Positions 20,270 through 29,454 of a stretch of DNA of 64,000 bases are shown here, in pieces. How positions within the stretch are numbered: the first letter of the stretch is position 1; every line of letters starts with the position of its first letter. Source of the stretch: Verrucomicrobiota bacterium (GTDB lineage: Bacteria; Verrucomicrobiota; Verrucomicrobiia; Limisphaerales; SXQI01); NCBI GenBank assembly GCA_033762115.1, contig JANRLX010000093.1, positions 1-64,000 on the forward strand. The letters run 5' to 3'. The translations under genes and the position numbers were made by a program. The notes below the pieces were generated by a model. That model was not told the DNA's origin. It saw nothing but the letters and a program-made list of their open reading frames with translations, and ran no database searches.

Positions 20270-20674
20270 TTACTGTTCCTCGGTTTTGGGAGGGGTTTCA
20301 GCGGAAGAGCGCAGCATTTCGTCAAATACCTTTTTGAATTCCTCGAGCCCTGTCGCCGGAATGATGATGGTGTCCCGGCGTCCATTGACATCTTCCGTGA
20401 TGCGAAGAAAACGACCGCGCGGATTTTCCTTCAAGGTGAAGACGAAAGTTTTGCGTTCGATCTGGACTTTATCTGAGCGAAGGGTGTCTTCGGCAACAGC
20501 AGGTTTGCCCGAGTAGCCCCCATGACCACCATGGCCCTGTCCATGACCATAGCCTCCATGACCACCATGGCCCTGTCCATGCCCATAGCCTCCATGACCA
20601 CCATGGCTATGACCGTGACCGTGGCTTTGATGTGAGCGATTACCGTAGGGCGAAGGACGTTCATTTGAAATCAT
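20270..20674 (-). CDS. PUR-repeat (Pur-alpha/DUF3276-like) nucleic-acid-binding protein with His/Gly-rich N-terminus
   Basis: IERKTFVFTLKENPRGRFLRITEDVNGRRDTIIIP..GLEEF matches a single PUR repeat. Confidence 0.8.
   Translation of the reverse strand: MISNERPSPYGNRSHQSHGHGHSHGGHGGYGHGQGHGGHGGYGHGQGHGGHGGYSGKPAVAEDTLRSDKVQIERKTFVFTLKENPRGRFLRITEDVNGRRDTIIIPATGLEEFKKVFDEMLRSSAETPPKTEEQ
20514..20607. repeat. 36-bp tandem repeat, ~2.5 copies, encoding GGHGGYGHGQGH
   Basis: CCATGACCACCATGGCCCTGTCCATG(A/C)CCATAGCCT at 20520 and 20556, with a partial copy at 20592. Confidence 0.95.
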
Positions 20675-20828
20675 ACCATTTCCTCGTTTCCACAGGCGCT
20701 TCCACGCGCCTTTCCATACTATTAAAGACCGTCACACTCACCCCTTTGTCAACCCTGATTCCCCGGTTGAATAGAGCAGATGACAATGCTTAAAGTATCA
20801 TCGGCACATTCCCGAATGGCTGTAGAGC

Positions 20829-21356
20829 TCAGACAAAACCGGTGCCAGCAAGCGGCCGGCGGAGAGTGGGGCGACCGCTATTGACAGTTTGCCAGGAGTA
20901 ATAAAGGACGCTCCCCAAAACGAGCAAATTGACCGCTTGCGAAAGCCCATGAAGGATGCTGAAGGATCTTGCCGCCGCAGACTTTTGCTCCGGAGTGGTT
21001 TGAACAGCATACTTGATCAGGTGCAACTGTTTCATTTTGGGATAAAGCAGATTACCCCCGACCACTCCAATGGCAAAAAGCCCCATCAAAAGAAAAAGAG
21101 TGAGCTTATGCAGTGATTTGCCGGTGTAAAGGCGGTCTGCAATAAGATGGCTGAGCGCGATCCCGGCGCACCATTGCTGAAGAATAAAATAGCGTTCGAG
21201 TATAATCTGGGCAGCAGCGCCTGCATGTGGTTTGCCGAGCAGCTGTTGCATTTCGTTTGAAAAGAAAGCAGGTCCCACAAGCAGTGTGAAAAAGACAATT
21301 GCTCCCAACCACACCGCAGCATTCAAAATACCGATTAGTCTGAGGAACGCGGCCAC
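20829..21356 (-). CDS. DUF4149/TMEM205-like membrane protein
   Basis: Four TM segments, WLGAIVFFTLLVGPAFF, F..LHG.S..VNL. The GTG start at 21356 is inferred. Confidence 0.7.
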   Translation of the reverse strand: MAAFLRLIGILNAAVWLGAIVFFTLLVGPAFFSNEMQQLLGKPHAGAAAQIILERYFILQQWCAGIALSHLIADRLYTGKSLHKLTLFLLMGLFAIGVVGGNLLYPKMKQLHLIKYAVQTTPEQKSAAARSFSILHGLSQAVNLLVLGSVLYYSWQTVNSGRPTLRRPLAGTGFV

Positions 21357-21472
21357 TTCGGGAGGATGGGAAAAATAACCAGCCCTGCCAAGTCTCAAGA
21401 ACACAACTGGTTGCAAACAGGCCGGTCTGGCGGGGATTGAAACAGGACGCACCCTGGTTCTCTCGAGATCTT

Positions 21473-24400
21473 TTACTCCATGGGGATCGCAATTACGCGA
21501 AAGTATCTGAAGGGTTCATTGCCAATTGGATGGTCGAAATTAAAGCTGCCCGGTTGAAGTGACACAGGCTCCCAATCCACCAGATTTGTCGTGGATTCAA
21601 TGCGATAGAGGCACGAATCACTTCCTTCCACAGTGAAATGGACTTCGTTTTCAGAAATGGACATAGGACCGAGTCGGGCGGGAATGGCCGGTTCAGGCAT
21701 GGGCGTGGAAAGAAAGATGCCGGTGAGCAACGCATTGGCTCCCTCTATTTTCTTAATTAGAATTTTTATCGGCCCCTGGAGCTTGTAATTGAGATAAATG
21801 CCATCCTGAAAATTGCGAATGATGCGCTGATCCAGAATCGCGCCTGTGACAGGATCTGAGAGGGTAATTTCCTGGACGCGCGCGCCATTGTCCCAGTCCA
21901 TAAAATAAAGGGCGATCTCACGCGGATGAGGGCCGAGACAGGAAAGTGACACGGTCATTTCATTGGTTGTGTACCAGCAGGCAGCTGTGCGTTCGCTGGT
22001 GAGAGGGGATCGAAGAAGGGCGCGTGAATCTTCAGTCCGTTCCCGCCAAGTGTATTGGAGTTCTCCCTGCTTCTGGACGGTCGATTGTGGCGGGAGCAGT
22101 TGGGTGGCGCCTGCAATCAGATAGCCACCATTGCCATAGGCAGGAGCCCAGTTTCCTCCGGTTTGGGTGTCCTGGCTTAGGAAAGTGGCGCTGGACGGCA
22201 CTTGCAGGACACGAAATGAAGCGCTGTTTTCGAAACTTTCACCCATGCCATTTTTTTGAAAGGCCTTGGTGCGAAGAGTGCCGCTTCTTCCCAGTTGCAA
22301 CGGTTGCTGATAAAGAAGCGAACTGCGGCCTGGCGGGCTCCCATCAATTGTATAGCGAATCTCCACGTCTGGGGTGGTGGTGTGGAGTTGGATCGGGGCA
22401 CAATTCTCCTGCAATGTGCCACCGTTGGGGAAAATCTGTGGAGTGGCGACGGAAGGGGTGGAGAAAAAGAGTCCTGATAAGAAAGCGCGAGAGGGCGAGG
22501 AGATTTTTATCTTGATCGCTCCTGAATATTGCCAGCTCAGATAAACTCCGTTGGTGTAATTCGTGACCGCGCTTTCACGTAAAAGCCGGCTGCTTGCCTG
22601 ATCAAAAATCTCCACTTTTTGAGGCCCGACAAGGCCGTACCAATCAACAAAATATAAGCTGATCACATGGCTATTCGAGTCATAAGGAGTAAGAAACAAT
22701 TCACCAGGACCATTGCTGACCCAACTCCAGCCGGATCTTCCATCGTCATTTGGATTTAACAGGGCAGGCAGGAGATTGGTGAAGCCCGGCCACGGAGTAA
22801 TTAAAAAATGTTTTATTCCAAGTTGCAGATACTTGGGAATTTTCCCATCTGTTCCAAGAATAACGAATCCTTCCCCCCATAAACATTCTTCCATTGGCCG
22901 CCGGTCTCTCGATCTTCATCGATGTAGGTAGCCTGCGCGGAAACGGTGAGAAGATCAACCGAAGCAGTCCTTATCGTTACAGGCGAGGAATAGTTGGAAT
23001 CACCAGCATCGGTTTTAATACGGGTGCGATAATGATAAACTGTGTCAGCTTCCAATTGCGCATCCGTAAAAACTCCAGTTGAGAGAGGAACATGGGCGAT
23101 GGGAAAATAGAGTTGGCCGTCGATACTTCGTTCTATCTGGAGCAGGTCTGAACCCCTACTGTTCCAGCGCAATGTTACTGCGGTCGAACTGCTGCTGGCT
23201 GTCAAATCAGCAACTGGCGCGGGAATGTTACTGGAAGGAGTGATCGTTATAAATTTCCCCTGGCTGGAATTGAAGTAAGTGCCACTGGCTACACTTTCCA
23301 GGCTGATTGCCTTGACCATGTAAGTGGATTTTCCTGGAGGCGCAATTTCAGAATAATGGGATGGAGTGATTGGTTGAGGAGTTAATCGTGTATATGGGCC
23401 TTGCCAGGATTCAGCCCGATAAACATGAAATTTGCCGGAGAGTTCACCATTGTTGTTCCAAACCAAGTTTACGGTTTGTCCAGTTACATGGGCCTGGAGC
23501 TTTTGAGGTGGCAGTAAGGTGTGCAACCGAAGCGTGGGATCTCCCTGTAATGAAATATGGACCATTCCCGTTCCCTGTCGGTGGGGAGGGTACAATCCCT
23601 CTGCCTGGTTGTTTTGGCTCAGTCGAAGTCCATACCCAATCGTTTCCCCCAACCCCATGTGATGATAAAAATGATGAGGATAACCTGCATAAGAGCAGGT
23701 GAGGGTATGTGATTTGGCTCCGAGGCAGGCCCGCATGAAATTACTTTCATTGTCCCAATCGCCAAAATAACTACCCAAAAACATTGTGAATACCGCTTTT
23801 GGATCGTTGTATGCAAAATCATCAGAAGTGCCAATTTCCCCGGCCATGGTGTAAGCGCCTCCCCCGACGGAATAGGTAAACGCATAGCTTTGCTTTTCCA
23901 ATGTCGGGAAATAATTGGAGATACTGACGTAATCGAGATTATCAAAACCAAAGAGCGGACTGAAATTTCTTAATGCGCTGCCGCCGGGGTCATTTCCAAC
24001 GGCCAGGCCAAATGGATCCCGGTACAGTGCGCGCTGGCGCACATCAAAAAATTGATGACGATAGGCATGATTTTTTTGAAAATATCTTCTGAGTAAATCT
24101 CTCTCTGTGAGGGAAGGCACCTTATTTTTGAAGCAGGTAAGTCTGCTCAGATCGATTCGACCAATTTCAAGGGTCACAGGTGCGGGTGGGTAATCCTGGT
24201 CGAATCGCCCATCTCCAGGAACGTTATGATTCGCGGGACGCGATGCGCGGGTGGAGTTTACAGTCGAGTCCGTCCACGTACCATCCATGGTTCCGTAATA
24301 CAAATCGGCTGGCCATGCACCGCGATGATCCTCATGGAAATCAGGAGTGATGTTTCCAGAATAAGGCACCGGCACATTGCCAATGAGGATGACAGTCCGT

Positions 24401-25032
24401 AATGGCGTAACCCCTGAATAATGAATCGATTTTATTTTCTCCCGAATCGCAGGCGGTGAGTCGGTGCGACCAACCTCCAACCGTTGCACTGCCCATCCAT
24501 CTCCGATCAGGTCCTCCTCGAACCGACCGATTTCAAATTCCAGACCTTTGACAATTTCTCTTTCCAGAACGAGCAACACTTTTCCGCGAAATTCAATGAG
24601 CGGTGCCTGCAAACCTGCATAAATGTAACCATAGCCTGCCGGCTCCGGTTCAGTGAACTCACGCACCACTTTGTATTCATAACTACTGCCAATCCTGACA
24701 TTTTTATCTATATAATTGGTTGCAGTACCCGTGACGTGGCCCGTTTCCTGCCATAAATTCTCCTCTTTCAACTTGCGAAAAATCCTGTAACCCGCTGCCG
24801 TTGTTTCAGGGGCTTTCCAAAACAGCTCTATGGAAACGTTGGATGTGTTTGCTCGGGCAGATAATTGAACACTCAAATCACGGGCGGAAACAGCTGCGTT
24901 TGCATAAGGAAATATAAAACCGGCCAGAAAGGTAATAATCAGGGAGGGAACTGTAACAGCCCTGATAGCCCTGTTTATTTCAGGGATGAAAATGCGCGCC
25001 TCGCCAGGACTGCGCCACTTCATCAACTTCAT
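21473..25032 (-). pseudogene. large secreted protein (FN3 / C25-gingipain-like / FN3 / repeated beta-domain / Fn3-associated / C-terminal domain) split by a frameshift at a G6 tract
   Basis: ORFs 22813-25032 and 21473-22894 join in frame if one G is added at 22873-22878. This restores ...GGQWKNVYGGEGFVILG, paralogous to downstream TGGNWAPAYGNGGYLIAG. Could be a sequencing error. Confidence 0.75.
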
Positions 25033-25200
25033 ATGCTAACCCATCGCTTGCCTTCGGCGCCTTTTCCAGACGGTGACTCCATGCTTCAGAAATCGTTCTG
25101 AAGGAGGGGAGCAGACTCAGGTTGCAATGCAGGAGGATTAAATCATTGCAGGCAATAAATTCAGTGGAAGGCCTGATTGTGCTGTTTTGCTGGAAAGCAG

Positions 25201-25770
25201 TTATATCCCCCAATTCACGTCCACAGCTAACTGGTTTCCGAATCGATTTTTGTAAAACAGTTGTTTGTTCACCGAGCCGAATTCATGCACCAGTTTCGTG
25301 ATTTTGACGTCGTAACAGCAATACTCTGCAATCTCTGCCAGTCGCCCCTGCTTGAACCATTCGATGGCCTGCAATCCTTCGGCTGTTTTTTCAATGCCCA
25401 GGGTCGTCGTGGCAATTGCATCCAGGGAGAGGCGGTGATTGATGCTTTTCTGAAGGTCAATCATCAAGTCAAGCGTTGGAATCTGGGTTAGATCCAGCAC
25501 GGTGTAACCGTGCAGTACTTCGTAATCAAAGCGTAGGTTATTGAATCCCACAACGAGGTCCGCACGGGTCAATTCCCGGATCAGATCGTTGACCGTATTT
25601 TCAGTGTAAATAGTGTATTCCTGCTTTGCGGTGCTATAGGTCACACCGATGCTCATGCCCATGTTTCGAATATTGTTCCATCCCCCCACCTCCTGGGCGG
25701 ATTTTTGGGTTTCGAGATCGAAATAGACGATATTTTTCTGCGCTGTGAAAGGCGCAACTGCTACAGCCAT
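25201..25770 (-). CDS. RNase H-like (YprB/RNase_H_2-type) 3'-5' exonuclease
   Basis: YFDLET, VGFNNLRFDY, YCCYDV acidic motifs. Confidence 0.8.
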   Translation of the reverse strand: MAVAVAPFTAQKNIVYFDLETQKSAQEVGGWNNIRNMGMSIGVTYSTAKQEYTIYTENTVNDLIRELTRADLVVGFNNLRFDYEVLHGYTVLDLTQIPTLDLMIDLQKSINHRLSLDAIATTTLGIEKTAEGLQAIEWFKQGRLAEIAEYCCYDVKITKLVHEFGSVNKQLFYKNRFGNQLAVDVNWGI

Positions 25771-25826
25771 GAAAGAATTGAATGAACCCGCGCCAAAAGA
25801 AGCAACCTGAATCTATTCACAAGGTG

Positions 25827-26270
25827 CTATACCCGGCAACCCATCGTCAGCAGGAGATTTGCCCAGAGCGCCTGGTCGCCAGTCTGGATCGTGAGCACAT
25901 GATCGGGAGAATTAACAGCGTCATAAAATTCCCATTTCTGGATTGGAGCCAGTTCGATGTTTAAGCCGGAACCTTTAATGATGCTCCGGAACTCCTGCCA
26001 GACAGGTGGTTCTCCCTTTTGCGCGTAAGGATCATCCGCAGGGATGCCCATGGTGTTCACGTGATCAATAGGCACTGCGCTCAACAATGCCTTCAATGCC
26101 TGGGAAACGGTGATGATGCCGGGCGAAAGATTCATGCAGACCAACTGGGCATTTGGGCCCTTCTTGGTGGAGGCGGGGTAATTCCCGTCGGCGATCAAGA
26201 TTTTTGAGTGGTGTCCGGCGCGGGCGATGATCTCGTTGATCGCGGGATGTATCAGGTCATGCTTGAGCAC
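25827..26270 (-). CDS. RbsD/FucU family sugar pyranase/mutarotase
   Basis: MLK..L.HP, GH...ILIADGNYP, FY, IQTGD...AN.LL..G. Confidence 0.88.
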   Translation of the reverse strand: MLKHDLIHPAINEIIARAGHHSKILIADGNYPASTKKGPNAQLVCMNLSPGIITVSQALKALLSAVPIDHVNTMGIPADDPYAQKGEPPVWQEFRSIIKGSGLNIELAPIQKWEFYDAVNSPDHVLTIQTGDQALWANLLLTMGCRV

Positions 26271-26317
26271 GGAAGCAGTATGGAGAATTCATCCGATTTT
26301 GCAAAGCCCGGGAGGAA

Positions 26318-27202
26318 TCATCCCTTTTTTGCCTTACCTGGTTTTTTGGAAGGAGCTTCTTCTACCAGGCTGCGGAGAATCGCGAGGTTCTCCACATCTT
26401 CATGCATATCCTCCGATTTGGGCGTTTCAAGACAACCGGGATGGGTCTTGAAACGTGGATCATTGACGATGTGCCGAAAGGCTTCTTTCCCAATTTTACC
26501 CTGACCGATTCCGGCGTGCCGATCAACCCGCGAGCCAAGCTCGGTTTTGGAATCATTCAAATGAAAGGCAAGGATTTGCTTCAACCCAACATGCTGGTCA
26601 AGTTCCTCAATGGCTGAATCCCAGCCAGCTTTGGCACGAATATCATATCCTGCGGCAAAAAGATGAGCGGTATCGATGCAAACCCCGAGTCTTTCAGGTT
26701 GTTTGACGCGTTTAAAAATCTCCCCGAGATGGGCGAGTCGATCTCCCAGGCAACTGCCTTGTCCCGCTGTGTTTTCCAGCGCTATGCGAACCGGTGAGCC
26801 TTTGGTGGCATCGAACGCCATATCCAGACCCGTCACGATTTGCCTGATACAGTTCTCCTTCCCCCCGCCAAGGTGCGCACCGGGATGCATAACCAAAAAG
26901 GGAAGCTTCAGATCGGTCGCCAGCTCAATTTCCTGGACGAGGGATTTAACAGAATTATCACGGTTCGGCCCGGCGGGTGCGCCAAGATTGATCAGGTAAC
27001 CAGTGTGGCCAAAGACAGCGCTGAAGGGTGTCGCCGCCAATTGCTTCGAATATTGACTTAACTCAGCAGGTGTAAACGCCCTGCCCAACCAGCGCACATT
27101 GCTTTTCACAAACAATTGCACCACGTCGCATCCGATGCTCATTCCCCGTTCCAGGGCTTTCCAGACACCGCCGCCGGTGGACATGTGAGCGCCGAAAATC
27201 AT
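26318..27202 (-). CDS. nfo: endonuclease IV (AP endonuclease)
   Basis: GAHMS, YLINL, HPG, ALENTAGQG, CIDTAH, HLNDSK, DRH, LETP. Confidence 0.95.
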   Translation of the reverse strand: MIFGAHMSTGGGVWKALERGMSIGCDVVQLFVKSNVRWLGRAFTPAELSQYSKQLAATPFSAVFGHTGYLINLGAPAGPNRDNSVKSLVQEIELATDLKLPFLVMHPGAHLGGGKENCIRQIVTGLDMAFDATKGSPVRIALENTAGQGSCLGDRLAHLGEIFKRVKQPERLGVCIDTAHLFAAGYDIRAKAGWDSAIEELDQHVGLKQILAFHLNDSKTELGSRVDRHAGIGQGKIGKEAFRHIVNDPRFKTHPGCLETPKSEDMHEDVENLAILRSLVEEAPSKKPGKAKKG

Positions 27203-28404
27203 AATTTTTCGGGATCAACCATCAGTGAGGCCACTCGCGCCAACAGCCGCCCGGCTGCCCCACCGTCCAGCACTCGATGATCAAAACTCAAGGTCAGATT
27301 TGCCTCTGTCACCGGGACGAACTGTTGTGTGGATTCATCCCAGTTGGGGACTTTCCTTCCTGCGCCCATGCCCAAAACCAGAGTCTGTTCCGGAAGCGGA
27401 ATCGGTGTGGCCCAGGTGAGCCCAAAAGTCCCAAAATTAGTCACGGTGGCTATTGACCCGCCGGTGGCCTCCGCTGGCAAACGCCGGGCGCGCGCCAATT
27501 CAACAAGGTTATTATAACGCCCGGTCAATTCACTCAGCGGTTTGGAATCAGCATTGCGCAGCACCGGAACGAGCACGCCATCCTCTGCCTCAACGGCGAA
27601 GCCGATATCAATGGCCGGAGGGTGAACAATATAGTTGCCAATCAGGCGTCCGGCAGGAGCGCTGTTTTCCGCAAGCGCGAGTGCCAGTGCGCGGAGTGCA
27701 TAAAGGGCGGGCCCCGGTTTGGGATCAAGGGTTTTTCGGTGGGTCAGCAACGGTTCCAGAATGACCGGGATGGCCACCGTCGCAAGAGGGCGTGTGCAGC
27801 TTCGTCGCATTGCATCAGCGACAGCGACGCGCATTGTGGAAGCTTTGGTTAGTTTATGTTTTTCGAGGTTCGCGAGGAATTTTTCAAAATCCTGCGTTGT
27901 CACTCGACCTCCGGCACCGCTTCCGGCAATGCCCGCCAAGTCAGCCGCATGAAGTCCGAGTTCATGCATTCGCGCTTTCATCCGCGGTGACATGTAGGTT
28001 GCACCGAGGGCATTGGCTGGGACAGGAAGCCCACGGACGGTGGGTTCCACCTGGGTAACCTGATGAGTTTGCCGGTTCAAGGCGAGATCCGTTTCCTGGC
28101 TGCTGTTCGAAAGGGTGGAATCGGGAAAGCCATTAGAAATTCCCAACGCGGCAGCCTGGGCGGAACTTACTTCCAAATGTCCCAATTCCGCTCCGACGGG
28201 GTAGCTTTCCTCGATTTTCGCCAGGATCCTGCTGACGATTCCCTTGCAGGGAGAAGTCACTGTGGTGGTCGCCTTGTTTGTTTCCACCTCCATGATATTT
28301 TGGTCCGCTTCAACGGTGTCGCCAATTTTTACGAGGATTTGAATGACAGTGGCTTCAGCGATCGATTCCCCCAACTGGGGCATGATGATGGGAACGTGCG
28401 GCAT
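27199..28404 (-). CDS. 2-oxoacid dehydrogenase E2 (dihydrolipoamide acyltransferase)
   Basis: Lipoyl domain MPQLGES...ETNKA, PSBD-like GSGAGGRVT, catalytic DHRVLDG. Confidence 0.9.
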   Translation of the reverse strand: MPHVPIIMPQLGESIAEATVIQILVKIGDTVEADQNIMEVETNKATTTVTSPCKGIVSRILAKIEESYPVGAELGHLEVSSAQAAALGISNGFPDSTLSNSSQETDLALNRQTHQVTQVEPTVRGLPVPANALGATYMSPRMKARMHELGLHAADLAGIAGSGAGGRVTTQDFEKFLANLEKHKLTKASTMRVAVADAMRRSCTRPLATVAIPVILEPLLTHRKTLDPKPGPALYALRALALALAENSAPAGRLIGNYIVHPPAIDIGFAVEAEDGVLVPVLRNADSKPLSELTGRYNNLVELARARRLPAEATGGSIATVTNFGTFGLTWATPIPLPEQTLVLGMGAGRKVPNWDESTQQFVPVTEANLTLSFDHRVLDGGAAGRLLARVASLMVDPEKL

Positions 28405-28407
28405 AAA

Positions 28408-29373
28408 TCAGAGGCGTAAAACGTTTCTCGCAGCGGCAGCAATTGAGCGGGCAGTAGGCCGGTGCGATGCCCATAGATTGGGATGAAATGGAATGGGCGT
28501 ATCCTTGGCATTGAGGCGTTGCGGCGGGGCATCCAGGAGGTTGAAGCCTTCACTGGCCACTCTTGCAATCACTTCAGCTGTCACACCGCCCCAGGGAAAA
28601 GCTTCCCCCACACAGAGCAGGCGTCCTGTGCGTGCCACGCTGGCCATGATCGTGTCCGTGTCGAGCGGTTTGACGGAGCGAAGATCCACGATTTCCAATT
28701 CGATTCCTTCGCTTGCCATTTCCTCAGCAACCGCCAGGGCCTCATGAACCATTGCGCTGTAAGCCACAATGGTCAGGTCTCGTCCCGGCCTGGAAATTCG
28801 CGCTTTCCCCACCGGCATCGCTTCGTCCGGCAGCGATTCGGCTTTGAGGTGATAATAGAGATACTTGTGCTCGCAAAAAATCACCGGGTCATCAAGCGCC
28901 ACGGCTTCAAGCAGCATGCTGTAGGCATCTTCCACCGTCGCCGGTGTCATAACGATCAACCCTGGATAATGCGCGTACAATGCCTCAAGGCTCTGGCTAT
29001 GGAAAGGGCCGCTGCCGGAAGTCCCGCCTGAAGGAAGGCGGATGGTTATGGGGCAGGGCACCTCGGTTCGCCAGTAAAGCGTGGCGGCGTGGTTGATGAT
29101 CTGGTTAAACCCGGGGGTGGAAAAGTCCGCAAACTGCATTTCAATGATCGGGCGCATTCCTTCAATCGCTGCGCCGATGGCCGCGCCAACAATGGCATCT
29201 TCACTGATCGGCGCATCAAGGACCCGTCCCGGGAATTGCTGGGCGAGGTTTTTTGTGGCTTTGAACGCCCCGCCAAAAGCCCCCACATCCTGCCCGTAAA
29301 TGAACACACGAGAATCTTCGGCGAGGGCCCGGGCCTGTGCTTCTCGAATGGCTTCGAGGTAAGTAATGCTCAT
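28408..29373 (-). CDS. 2-oxoacid dehydrogenase E1 beta subunit
   Basis: GQDVGAFGGAFKAT, DAPISE, EMQFADF, FHSQS, EHKYLY, LDAP. Confidence 0.93.
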   Translation of the reverse strand: MSITYLEAIREAQARALAEDSRVFIYGQDVGAFGGAFKATKNLAQQFPGRVLDAPISEDAIVGAAIGAAIEGMRPIIEMQFADFSTPGFNQIINHAATLYWRTEVPCPITIRLPSGGTSGSGPFHSQSLEALYAHYPGLIVMTPATVEDAYSMLLEAVALDDPVIFCEHKYLYYHLKAESLPDEAMPVGKARISRPGRDLTIVAYSAMVHEALAVAEEMASEGIELEIVDLRSVKPLDTDTIMASVARTGRLLCVGEAFPWGGVTAEVIARVASEGFNLLDAPPQRLNAKDTPIPFHPNLWASHRPTARSIAAAARNVLRL

Positions 29374-29412
29374 CTCAAAACAGCTTAACGCACGGAATAC
29401 CGTGTGAAAAAC

Positions 29413-29442
29413 AAAAATGCCAGGCAGGAACGCTGCCTGGCA
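29413..29442 (-). terminator. intrinsic terminator after PVC-type gene
   Basis: AAAAA-TGCCAGGCAG-GAACG-CTGCCTGGCA. Confidence 0.8.
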
Positions 29443-29454
29443 AAGGAGGTCCGA

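Noticed and set aside
20514..20607. 36-bp repeats as a possible CRISPR array
   Set aside because: Repeats are contiguous with no spacers, in frame within a CDS, and no cas genes are present.
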